Source: a virus
Taxonomy: Duplodnaviria; Caudoviricetes
Virus record (IMG/VR): IMGVR_UViG_3300005860_000047
Location: 1-54,873 of that record
Length of the DNA stretch: 54,873 nt
Direction: 5' to 3' (one strand)
The position numbers and the translations under genes are program-made. Positions 35,683 to 43,640 of the stretch are shown here, one piece after another (positions within the stretch are counted from its first letter, which is position 1; each line of letters starts with the position of its first letter). The notes beneath the pieces were generated by a model. That model was not told where the DNA came from. It saw only the letters and a list, made by a program, of their open reading frames with translations, and searched no databases.

Positions 35683-35914
35683 CGCGGCTGTTTCCAGGGC
35701 TGAGCTTATGAAGCGCTTGGCCGAGTTCGCGCCGGGCAAGGTGGTCGAACTCGACGGCTGGCGGCTCAAGGTGGTGCGGGTTGATCTGCCCACCGATTAC
35801 AGAGACTACGCCCTGATCGAGCTGGCCCCGCCCAAGTCGATGGTGCCGGCCGTGGCGGTGGCGAGGCTGGATCGAAATGGGCTGAGATTTCGGGTGCCGG
35901 AGGGATGGCGATGA
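35663..35914 (+). CDS. Hypothetical protein
   Basis: Coupled ORF. Confidence 0.5.
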   Translation: MQDKATDAAVSRAELMKRLAEFAPGKVVELDGWRLKVVRVDLPTDYRDYALIELAPPKSMVPAVAVARLDRNGLRFRVPEGWR

Positions 35915-36219
35915 GCGAACTGGTCAAATACCGCGAGGAGTTCGGCGACATCGCCGCCGAGATCACGGAGTTGCTGGTGCGCAAGCGCATGGACTACGGC
36001 GACGAGAGTCTTTCCCGCTTCGGCGAGCTGGGCATCCTCGTCCGGGCCTGGGACAAGATGTGCAGGCTGGTGCATCTCCTATGGGACAGGCGTGGCGCGG
36101 AGCCGCAAAACGAAAGCGTCGAGGACACCTGGCGCGACTTGGCCGGGTACGCCATTCTGGCTTTGCACGCAAGGCGCCACGGGTTTGCTCGGATTGCGGA
36201 CGGGAGCCGGCAGCGGTGA
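35911..36219 (+). CDS. Nucleotide-modification-associated domain protein (DUF1599-like)
   Basis: RKRMDYG...VRAWDKMCRL...ESVEDTWRDLAGYA. Confidence 0.75.
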   Translation: MSELVKYREEFGDIAAEITELLVRKRMDYGDESLSRFGELGILVRAWDKMCRLVHLLWDRRGAEPQNESVEDTWRDLAGYAILALHARRHGFARIADGSRQR

Positions 36220-36354
36220 AGATTGTCTTTCCACAGAACTCGGCGGCGAGGTTCGGCATGGGCTTGCAGGGCGACGCCCTTTACTACTGCCGCAGATGCT
36301 GGGGCTATAGGGTCGCCAGCGGTGCCGTCGATCAGATGGGATGGTGGGGACTGT

Positions 36355-36849
36355 ATGGAATCGCCAACCTGCGTCGTAGCGGTTGATCCGGGCGAAACCA
36401 CAGGCTGGTGCGCGGTCCGGCTGCCGGATTTTGAGGTTGCGGCCGGACAGGTAAGAGACGTAGATGCCTTGATACGTGTTCTCGAAGCCCACAAGCCTGA
36501 GGTTGTAGTCGTTGAGGACTTCCGCCTTCGACCAGAGCGGGCGAAGTCGCTTTCCCAGCAGCAACTCCACGCCAGCGAGGTCATCGGCACGGTCGCGGCG
36601 TGGTGCGGGCGCAACTGGGTCGAGCTGGAGCGGCAGCCGGCTAGCATGAGGACGGTCGTCACCCGCGAGCTGCTGGGGCGATTAGGGCTGTGGAGTTTGA
36701 CTAGAAATATGCCTCATGCGAGGGACGCCGCGAAGCATTTGGTTGTGTGGTTGTTGCGAGAGTACCCAGAAGCAATAGTACGACGGTCTAATATGACTTG
36801 TGCAGCGTGGCAAGGCCCAGTCGAGCGCGGCGTGGCGAGGTGTGGCTAG
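36355..36849 (+). CDS. RuvC-like Holliday junction resolvase
   Basis: VAVDPGETTG; VVVEDF; HARDAAKH. Confidence 0.75.
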   Translation: MESPTCVVAVDPGETTGWCAVRLPDFEVAAGQVRDVDALIRVLEAHKPEVVVVEDFRLRPERAKSLSQQQLHASEVIGTVAAWCGRNWVELERQPASMRTVVTRELLGRLGLWSLTRNMPHARDAAKHLVVWLLREYPEAIVRRSNMTCAAWQGPVERGVARCG

Positions 36850-37131
36850 GCCTGGCGCGGCGAGGCAAGGCGAGGGACTACATAGACCCGGCTGGACATG
36901 GCGGGGTTGGGCTTGGTGAGGCCGGGCGTGGCAGGGTTGGGTTTGGTAAGGCTGGGCAAGGCCAGGCAAGGAACTACATAAACCCGGCGTGGCTTGGCAT
37001 GGCAGCGCTCGGTGCGGCCCGGCGCGGCGAGGCAAGGAACTACATAGACCCGGCTGGGCCAGGCCTGGTGCGGCAAGGCGAGACCCGGCGAGGTTGGGTC
37101 CGGCGCGGCGAGGCAAGGCTTGGTCTACATA
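36804..37131 (+). ncRNA. GGY-NN pentamer array 1 (four units), candidate guide RNAs
   Basis: Units at 36804-36873 (14 pentamers), 36885-36969 (17), 36981-37035 (11), 37047-37121 (15), each followed by a GG..CTACATA separator. Confidence 0.8.
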
Positions 37132-37155
37132 CCACACTCACAAGGAGGGTTGCTC

Positions 37156-37803
37156 ATGCGTTTGCCTCTCAGCGAGTTGGTTCTTGACTATACTGTGTAT
37201 CCCCGGACAAACGTTTCCGAAGAACACGTCCGTTTGATGGTGGAAACGCTCTTGTCCGGGAGAGAATTGCCGCCGATAGTAGCCTGTGCTACCACCAAGC
37301 GCATAGTTGACGGCTTCCACCGTTACCATGCGTACCAGAAGATCAAGGCGGAGACTGTCCCCGTAGAGTTGAGGGTGTACGCCAGCGAGGTGGATTTTTA
37401 CAAAGATGCTGTCGCCCTCAACGTAGGCCACGGCAGGCCATTATCTCGCTACGAGTTAAAGCGTGTTGTGGCAAAGTGCGAAAAGCTGGGTCTGCAACGC
37501 GAGGAGGTGGCTGAGCTTATCCGGGTAAGGCCGGCAACGATTGACGAAATGCGGCGCGAAGTCGCGTTTGCTGGTGGCGAGATAGTCCCAGTAAAGCGCG
37601 GTCTGGAAGCCTTGCAAGGCCAAAAACTTACGCCTAGGCAAGAGAAGACACTACGTAGCTGGGGCGGGATGAACGCCGTCTTTTACGTTGACCGACTGAT
37701 CGACTACCTACAGTGTGGTTTACCCGTTCCGGCTTCTTTAGCTAATCGGCTAGACCGACTGGTTGAACTGTGGATCGAACGAAGGCAGAAAGCAACGGCG
37801 TGA
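37156..37803 (+). CDS. ParB/Srx N-terminal domain protein
   Basis: LPPIVA...IVDGFHRYHAY...NVGHGRPLS; AAGGAGGG RBS. Confidence 0.8.
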   Translation: MRLPLSELVLDYTVYPRTNVSEEHVRLMVETLLSGRELPPIVACATTKRIVDGFHRYHAYQKIKAETVPVELRVYASEVDFYKDAVALNVGHGRPLSRYELKRVVAKCEKLGLQREEVAELIRVRPATIDEMRREVAFAGGEIVPVKRGLEALQGQKLTPRQEKTLRSWGGMNAVFYVDRLIDYLQCGLPVPASLANRLDRLVELWIERRQKATA

Positions 37804-37846
37804 CCTGCGCCGATTGCCGAGGATACCGGAGAGGAGGTTCTTTCAA

Positions 37847-38401
37847 ATGCTCCAAGAGTACCGTTTCAAGATTCTGGGCGTCACTCCCCTGCTGATGCAC
37901 GCTCCCACAGCGATGGGAAGCAACGGTAGCAGTCCCAAACGCAAAGAGGTGCCGCCTCCCGAAGAAGAGGCCGAGCGCGGAGCTTACAGAACGCCGGAAG
38001 GCTACTTGTGCTTCCCGGCAATAGCGTTCCGCAACGCTGCTCTCAAAGTAGCTGGACAATATCGGTCCGGCAAGAAAAGCTACAAATCACTGCTCGCGCA
38101 CATCCGTACTGCGGATGAGTTCGTCATCATGCGGCATCCTGAGACATGGGAACCGCTGACATCTTACGCGATTGACACCCGTCGCGCTGTGGTGCAGGGT
38201 CAGGGTGTCATTCGAGCTAGACCGCGCTTGGACGCCTGGGCCTGCGAGGTTGGATTGTTAGGAGACGACGAGATCGGTGTGAGAGACATGGACAAGGTGT
38301 TGCTTCAGTTCTTGAACGAGGCTGGCGGCACTATAGGCGTCGGGGACTTTCGATTGGAGAAAGGCGGTTGGTTTGGCTTGTTCCGGGCGGAACTCGCTTA
38401 A
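37847..38401 (+). CDS. Small RAMP/Cas7-like protein (184 aa), candidate effector of the GGY-NN arrays
   Basis: FKILGVTPLLMH; YLCFPAIAFRNA; RPRLDAW; Gly-rich loop AGGTIGVGDFRLEKGGWFGLF; AGGAGG RBS. Confidence 0.7.
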   Translation: MLQEYRFKILGVTPLLMHAPTAMGSNGSSPKRKEVPPPEEEAERGAYRTPEGYLCFPAIAFRNAALKVAGQYRSGKKSYKSLLAHIRTADEFVIMRHPETWEPLTSYAIDTRRAVVQGQGVIRARPRLDAWACEVGLLGDDEIGVRDMDKVLLQFLNEAGGTIGVGDFRLEKGGWFGLFRAELA

Positions 38402-38410
38402 CACAGGTAT

Positions 38411-38450
38411 ACACCGGAGCCCGGCTCTTTCACGATCCGGGCTCCGGTGT
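38411..38450 (+). other. Perfect 14-bp hairpin between the effector gene and array 2
   Basis: ACACCGGAGCCCGG-N12-CCGGGCTCCGGTGT; no U-tract. Confidence 0.75.
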
Positions 38451-38463
38451 TGGTCACATCGAT

Positions 38464-38718
38464 GCTACATAAGTAGGGCATGGCAGGGTGCGGCTAGGCT
38501 CGGTCGGGCAGGGACCGGCACGGCTAGGCGTGGTAAGGCAAGGCGTGGCAGGGAACTACATAAGTCAGGTGAGGCCGGGCGTGGCATGGACCAGCACGGC
38601 TTGGCGAGTTGAAACTAGGCGAGGCAAGGAACTACATACACAGGGCACGGCGCGGTAGGGTGGGGCTGGGCAAGGCGTGGTGGGGTATGGCACGGCTAGG
38701 CATAGTAGGACTTGGCAT
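38464..38718 (+). ncRNA. GGY-NN pentamer array 2 (three units)
   Basis: GCTACATA leader; units 38472-38551 (16), 38563-38627 (13), 38639-38718 (16); GGAACTACATA separators. Confidence 0.8.
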
Positions 38719-38739
38719 AACTGACAGCGCGAAGGCGAG

Positions 38740-41025
38740 GTGATTAATTTGGTTGACCCTCTGTGCGAACGATGCCCTCTTCAAGGCCGCCCACAGGTCC
38801 CCGGCGACGGCCCCGAGAAGGCGGCCCTGGTGCTCGTCGGCGAGGCCCCCGGTCGCCGTGAGGCCGCCGAGGGTAAGCCGTTCGTGGGTCGCGCCGGGCA
38901 GTTGTTGGACAAGGCGCTGGCCGAGGCCGGACTGCGGCGAGAGGAGATATACATCACCAACACCTGTTTGTGCCACCCACAGGACAACGCCACGCCCGAC
39001 GCCAAAGCCATAAAGGCCTGCCGTTCGCGCCTAGTCGAAGAGATTAAGACCCGTTGTCCTAAAGTAGTGATTCTGGCAGGCGGTGTACCGGTCAAAGCGA
39101 TCTTCGGCAAAGGGAAGGTAACCGACCTGCGCGGCGCGGCTGTGTGGGTCGAAGAGTTGCAGGCCTATGCGGTTCCGACTCTTCATCCCGCCTTCGTCTT
39201 GCGTCAGCCGAACCTTTATCCCGATCTGGTTCGCGACCTGCGGTACGCCAGGGACGTGCTCCGCGGCACGGTGAAGCCCGTCGAGGTCGGCTGCGACGTG
39301 CAGCTTTTCATCGCCGACGATCCCAACGATGCCCTTGCCCTGGCCCGCCGGCTTGTGGAAGTCAGGGAGGCGGCGGTGGACGTAGAGTGCGCCAGCGACG
39401 GATCGCTTCTTTGCGTTTCGTTTTCATGGAAGCCAGGGACGGCCGCTATACTGACGGCGGAGGCGCTTAAAAGTCCCGCCGTGGTGGCTGCCTTTTACGA
39501 TGCTTTCAGGCGCGTGAAGCTCATCGGCCACAACCTGAAGTATGACCTCAAGGTGTTGTGGCGGCAAGGGTTGTGGAGCGCTAGGACCGGGTTTGACACA
39601 ATGCTTGCGCATTACACGCTCGACGAGCGCCGTGGCACCCACGGCCTCAAGCAACTGGCGCGGCTCTACTTTAACGCGCCAAATTATGACAAAGAAATCG
39701 AGCCATACATCAAGAAGGACGGCCTCGAAAACTGCCCGAAGGATTTGCTTTACAAGTACAACGGCCTCGACGCCTCCTTCACCTACGCCCTGTACCAGAC
39801 GATCACCAAGGAACTCGGCCCGAACGAGTGGCAGGTGCTGAACGACCTCCTGCTCCCCGCGAGCGACGTGTTGGCGGAAATGGAGTATTTCGGTATCATG
39901 GTGGACGTGCCTTACTTGCAGAAGCTCGACGCCGAGTTGACCGCTGAGCTTCTGCGGCTGGAGAAGGAGATGTTCGCCGTGGCCGGTCGAGAGTTCAACC
40001 CCAACTCGCCGAAGCAGCTGGCGCAACTGCTCTACCAGACGCTTGGCCTCCCCTACCCCGGACGGGTGTCCACGGACGAGGATGCCCTGAAGCGGCTTGC
40101 ACCGTACCACGCCTTGCCCAGACTGCTGCTCCAGTACCGGGCAAAGCGGAAGTTTCTGACGACCTACATCCAGGCGTTGCTCGATGCGAAGGACGAGAAT
40201 GACAGAGTACACACAACATTCAATCTCCACGGCACGGTCACGGGGCGCCTGTCCAGCAGCGATCCGGTCAACCTCCAAAACATTCCGCGAGAGGGCGAAG
40301 CTCGCAATATGTTCATCAGTAGTCCGAATTGGTGTTTTATAGAGTGCGACAATTCGCAGGCGGAGATACGGGTTTTAGCATTGTATTCGGGTGACGAAAA
40401 ACTGTTGGAAATATTGGCTACTGGCGGCGACATTCACGAGCGGACGGCACGCATTATGTTCAAATGCTCTGGGGAGGTCAGTAAGGAGCAACGAACAGCA
40501 GCTAAGCGTATAAGTTTTGGTTTGATATACGGGATGAGTACCCAATCGCTTGCCGAAGAGCTTGGCGTAGGTTTCTCCGAAGCGGAGGAATTAGTAGCTG
40601 AGTTCTTCAAAGCATTTCCGCAGACAAAAGCGTGGATTGACGAGACGCAGAAGCGAGCGCTTGCCGAGGGGAAAGTAACCACAATATTTGGCAGAACCAG
40701 ACGGTTTGGGTTGATAACACCGGAGAACAAGAGCGACGTGCTACGACAAGCGGTAAATACTTTAATACAAAGCACGGCTTCGGACTTTTGCCTGTTAGCC
40801 CTCATCGGACTACATCGACGATTGAAGACAGGTGAGTTAGGACGCACGCGGCTAGTGCTCACGGTCCACGACTCGATATTGGTAGAAACAATGGAAAACC
40901 CAAAGGAAATAGGCAGAGTCATATATCAAGAGATGTGTCGGCCAGCGGAAGGGAAGGTCCCGTGGAACGCAGAAGTAAAGGTTGGACTAAGGTGGGGTGA
41001 ACTTCAACCGCTTGATGTGTTATGA
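38740..41025 (+). CDS. Family A DNA polymerase with N-terminal family-4 uracil-DNA glycosylase-like domain
   Basis: CERCP, GEAPG, HPAF; exonuclease DVE, HNLKYD, YNGLD; TGRLSS, NLQNIP, DNSQAE, KRISFGLIYG, VHDS. Confidence 0.92.
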   Translation: MINLVDPLCERCPLQGRPQVPGDGPEKAALVLVGEAPGRREAAEGKPFVGRAGQLLDKALAEAGLRREEIYITNTCLCHPQDNATPDAKAIKACRSRLVEEIKTRCPKVVILAGGVPVKAIFGKGKVTDLRGAAVWVEELQAYAVPTLHPAFVLRQPNLYPDLVRDLRYARDVLRGTVKPVEVGCDVQLFIADDPNDALALARRLVEVREAAVDVECASDGSLLCVSFSWKPGTAAILTAEALKSPAVVAAFYDAFRRVKLIGHNLKYDLKVLWRQGLWSARTGFDTMLAHYTLDERRGTHGLKQLARLYFNAPNYDKEIEPYIKKDGLENCPKDLLYKYNGLDASFTYALYQTITKELGPNEWQVLNDLLLPASDVLAEMEYFGIMVDVPYLQKLDAELTAELLRLEKEMFAVAGREFNPNSPKQLAQLLYQTLGLPYPGRVSTDEDALKRLAPYHALPRLLLQYRAKRKFLTTYIQALLDAKDENDRVHTTFNLHGTVTGRLSSSDPVNLQNIPREGEARNMFISSPNWCFIECDNSQAEIRVLALYSGDEKLLEILATGGDIHERTARIMFKCSGEVSKEQRTAAKRISFGLIYGMSTQSLAEELGVGFSEAEELVAEFFKAFPQTKAWIDETQKRALAEGKVTTIFGRTRRFGLITPENKSDVLRQAVNTLIQSTASDFCLLALIGLHRRLKTGELGRTRLVLTVHDSILVETMENPKEIGRVIYQEMCRPAEGKVPWNAEVKVGLRWGELQPLDVL

Positions 41026-41026
41026 T
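41018..41026 (+). promoter_or_regulatory. Extended -10 upstream of the orphan GGY-NN unit
   Basis: TGTTATGAT overlapping the pol stop codon. Confidence 0.5.
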
Positions 41027-41057
41027 AGAATCGCAACAGTTCAATCTAGTACGATGT

Positions 41058-41132
41058 GACACGGCCTGGCGGGGCTGGGTATGGCCTGGCGTGGTGAGGT
41101 TGGACGAGGCAAGACTAGGCAAGGCGCGGTAG
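41058..41132 (+). ncRNA. Orphan GGY-NN unit (15 pentamers)
   Basis: GACAC GGCCT GGCGG GGCTG GGTAT GGCCT GGCGT GGTGA GGTTG GACGA GGCAA GACTA GGCAA GGCGC GGTAG. Confidence 0.75.
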
Positions 41133-41136
41133 AACG

Positions 41137-41185
41137 CGGAACGGCACCCTTACCGAGTTGGTAGGGGTGCCGTTCCGTTTTGTTT
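41137..41185 (+). terminator. Intrinsic terminator
   Basis: 18-bp stem (one G-U pair) followed by TTTTGTTT. Confidence 0.85.
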
Positions 41186-41421
41186 CACGTTCTTATCCCG
41201 TGCCACCCCGGCTCGTCCCGCAAATATCGTATCAACTTTTCGCGTGCGCTTTCCACGTCGTCTTCCTCTTCTGTAGTCAGCAGGCGATGCCATAAGCACA
41301 GCTCCACGCACCGAAGTAAGACTTCTATCTCCCATGCCTCCAAGGCGCTCGGCAACACGGCTGGCCGCCCCCTAATTGAGAATGAATTGAAAACAACCTC
41401 TTGCTAGAAGCCTCTACAAGA

Positions 41422-41471
41422 CGCCTTTTCGGGGCAGGTAGGGATAAATGTATTACCGCCCCGAAAAGGCG
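41422..41471 (-). terminator. Hairpin after the lysis genes
   Basis: CGCCTTTTCGGGGC...GCCCCGAAAAGGCG. Confidence 0.5.
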
Positions 41472-41489
41472 GTCTATAGGGCCGCGCAG

Positions 41490-42092
41490 CTAATACCTTA
41501 TTCCGTGGTGGTATGCCAAGTGGTTGAGCAACAGGGCCACCACGAACCACTTCGGCGCGGGGTCGTCCGGCTTGTGGTCGCCGGAGAAAAGCGATGCCAT
41601 CTTGCCCCGTTCCATTATCTGCTCCTTCCAGTTCAGCTCGGTCATCTTCACCATCTCCACAAACTTCTGCCACGGGAACTTGTTGCCGGGGCACTCGGTG
41701 GCGCTCAGCTCCCTGTGGGGCGCCAGCCTGGCGTTCGGGTACCGCGCCAGCAGCCACCGGCACAGGTCGGCGGCGGTGTCGAGTTGTTTGTCCGGCGGGA
41801 CGTCCCGCGAGAAGTCGCCCACGAGACACACGCCGAGGCTCAGGTGGTTGTACCCGGCGCAGTGGGCGCCCTGGAGGTCTTCGGGTCTGGCCCGGTGGGC
41901 CACGCCGTCGGCCGTGACGACGAAGTGGTAGCCGATGCCGGCGTACTTCTTTTCGGTCTTGTGGATGCGGTCGATGTCTTCCACCGTCCAGGTGGGCGGC
42001 GAGGCGCTGTGGTGAACCACGATGAACTGGACGGCCTGGAGCTTGCCTACTTTGCCATTTGGCTGCCACTTGAAGCTTTCGTCGAGGATCAT
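41490..42092 (-). CDS. Endolysin, N-acetylmuramoyl-L-alanine amidase (Amidase_2)
   Basis: IVVHHSA; GIGYHF; GAHC; PHRE..ATECPG. Confidence 0.9.
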   Translation of the reverse strand: MILDESFKWQPNGKVGKLQAVQFIVVHHSASPPTWTVEDIDRIHKTEKKYAGIGYHFVVTADGVAHRARPEDLQGAHCAGYNHLSLGVCLVGDFSRDVPPDKQLDTAADLCRWLLARYPNARLAPHRELSATECPGNKFPWQKFVEMVKMTELNWKEQIMERGKMASLFSGDHKPDDPAPKWFVVALLLNHLAYHHGIRY

Positions 42093-42099
42093 CTGATCC

Positions 42100-42393
42100 T
42101 CACTCTCCCTTACGCAAGCTGTACAGCCCGCTCAGCAGGTCGTGCAGGAAGTTGCTGCCGCGTCCCACAAGCAGGCCGCTCAACACCTGGCCGACGTAGG
42201 GAGCGTTGAGCGTCACGCCCACCGTGGCGAATAGATCAAGCCCGGCGAGCACGCATACCGCCACGCCCAGCCCCAGCGTGATGGCCACGTCGGTCCAGGC
42301 CGGCACCGGCGGGAACGCGGGCTTGGCGGCCTGCCATATGGCCTCAATCAGCAACGCCGCGGCAAGGAAAGCAAAGAATTCCTGCATCCTCAA
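42100..42393 (-). CDS. Putative holin
   Basis: Several TM segments; GLLVGRGSNFLHDL; next to the endolysin. Confidence 0.7.
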   Translation of the reverse strand: MRMQEFFAFLAAALLIEAIWQAAKPAFPPVPAWTDVAITLGLGVAVCVLAGLDLFATVGVTLNAPYVGQVLSGLLVGRGSNFLHDLLSGLYSLRKGE

Positions 42394-42620
42394 CGCCCCC
42401 TTCCGTTTCTCAGTTCACGGGTAAGCTCGCGGATGGCTTCCTTGAGTTCCAACTGGGCTTCGACGCTGTGGGCAATGTGATTTTGAATTGTCTCTACAAA
42501 CTGGTTCATGAGTTGTTCTTGTCTTTGCATAAGCCACTTCACGGTCGAATAAAAAAGCGCCAGCACCACGGCCAGCGCCCCGCCCTGGAGGATCAGTTGT
42601 TCGTTGCCCAAAGCGGCCAC
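42390..42620 (-). CDS. Putative holin-like membrane protein
   Basis: One TM helix plus coiled coil in the lysis cassette. Confidence 0.55.
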   Translation of the reverse strand: MAALGNEQLILQGGALAVVLALFYSTVKWLMQRQEQLMNQFVETIQNHIAHSVEAQLELKEAIRELTRELRNGRGR

Positions 42621-42623
42621 CCC

Positions 42624-43640
42624 CTACCAAGGTCGTCTCAGCTCTACAAGCCTGTTCCCGGCCTGCCAGTTCACCACATACCCCATCCGTTCGGCCACAA
42701 ACCGGATGGGCAGCAGCGTCCTTCCGTCCACCACCTTGGGAGGCACGTCTAGCTGCGCGTACTCGCCGTCCACTATGGCGGTCGGGTTATCGATTTTGAG
42801 TACGATGTGCCGCGCCATCTTCGGCGTGTACGGCACGTCCACGCAGGCCCACGCCTCCATCACGAACGGCCAGCCGATGTCGCGGTCTATCCACCAGTCC
42901 GTCCAGGCAGCGTAAGGCAGCCAGGCAAACCCGCCCTGCCCCCATGACGTGCCCCAGGAGTTCATGATCAGGACGGCGCCGCTGGCGTCGTCGTAGCCCA
43001 CGGCGCAGACGGCATGGCCCCCCAGTAGCTTACCGCCCGGCCTGGGAATAACGTCCACGATGTTGACAAAGCTCTCCGTGACTGCTACCGCCAGCAGCAC
43101 GGGACCCTGCTCCACTATCGCCCGCTTGAGTTCGTCCAGCCCCTTTACCTGGGCGTAGACGCTTATCCTGTACGGCTCGGCGGCCTTTGTGACGCTGTCG
43201 GGAGGACGCGGCAGGTTAACGTCGGTGGTGAGTTCACCGTAAGGTAGCACCGTCTCCGGACAGACGCCGTAGTCCTGAAGCACCTTCATCGCCACGCGGG
43301 GGTAGGTTCCCGGAGTGGACGGTATGCCGTCCAGTTGCTTGGCCATCTGGTAGATGTACCTGGGGGACAGTCCGCCTCCGGGCACGTCTCCCTGTTGCCG
43401 CTCCTGCCACTCCTTGATGGCCCAAGCCGCGTGGCCCACACAGGTCCCCAGCTTACCCTGGTTGCGCACGCCGGGCATCTCGTCCCTGCGGCTGAAGGAC
43501 GGCGGTAAGGGCTGGGTGCCGGCGAAAACAGCGAAGGCGAAGTCACGCTTGTCCGGCGGCGAGGGCCACAGGCCGTAGGACTGACCCAGCTCCTCCAGGC
43601 GGTTGGTTATTTTGCGCCACCGCTCAAACATCTCAGACAC
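42624..43640 (-). CDS. Papain-like C1A cysteine protease with C-terminal copper-amine-oxidase-N-like domain
   Basis: NQGKLGTC; GGHAV; NSWG; LDVPPKVVDGRTLLPIRFVAE. Confidence 0.88.
   Translation of the reverse strand: MSEMFERWRKITNRLEELGQSYGLWPSPPDKRDFAFAVFAGTQPLPPSFSRRDEMPGVRNQGKLGTCVGHAAWAIKEWQERQQGDVPGGGLSPRYIYQMAKQLDGIPSTPGTYPRVAMKVLQDYGVCPETVLPYGELTTDVNLPRPPDSVTKAAEPYRISVYAQVKGLDELKRAIVEQGPVLLAVAVTESFVNIVDVIPRPGGKLLGGHAVCAVGYDDASGAVLIMNSWGTSWGQGGFAWLPYAAWTDWWIDRDIGWPFVMEAWACVDVPYTPKMARHIVLKIDNPTAIVDGEYAQLDVPPKVVDGRTLLPIRFVAERMGYVVNWQAGNRLVELRRPW

Noticed and set aside
36682-37187. ORFs 36682-37137(-), 36798-37187(+), 36846-37076(-) and 38373-38612(+)
   Set aside because: Low-complexity translations of a 5-nt periodic repeat with no convincing RBS
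36804-38718. Canonical CRISPR array
   Set aside because: The separators are only ~11 nt, the 'spacers' are themselves periodic, and no cas1/cas2 genes are present
36804-41132. Simple microsatellite, or self-targets of the NN strings
   Set aside because: The NN positions are too diverse and the register too strict for slippage; I found no self-target by eye, but could not search exhaustively, so none is claimed
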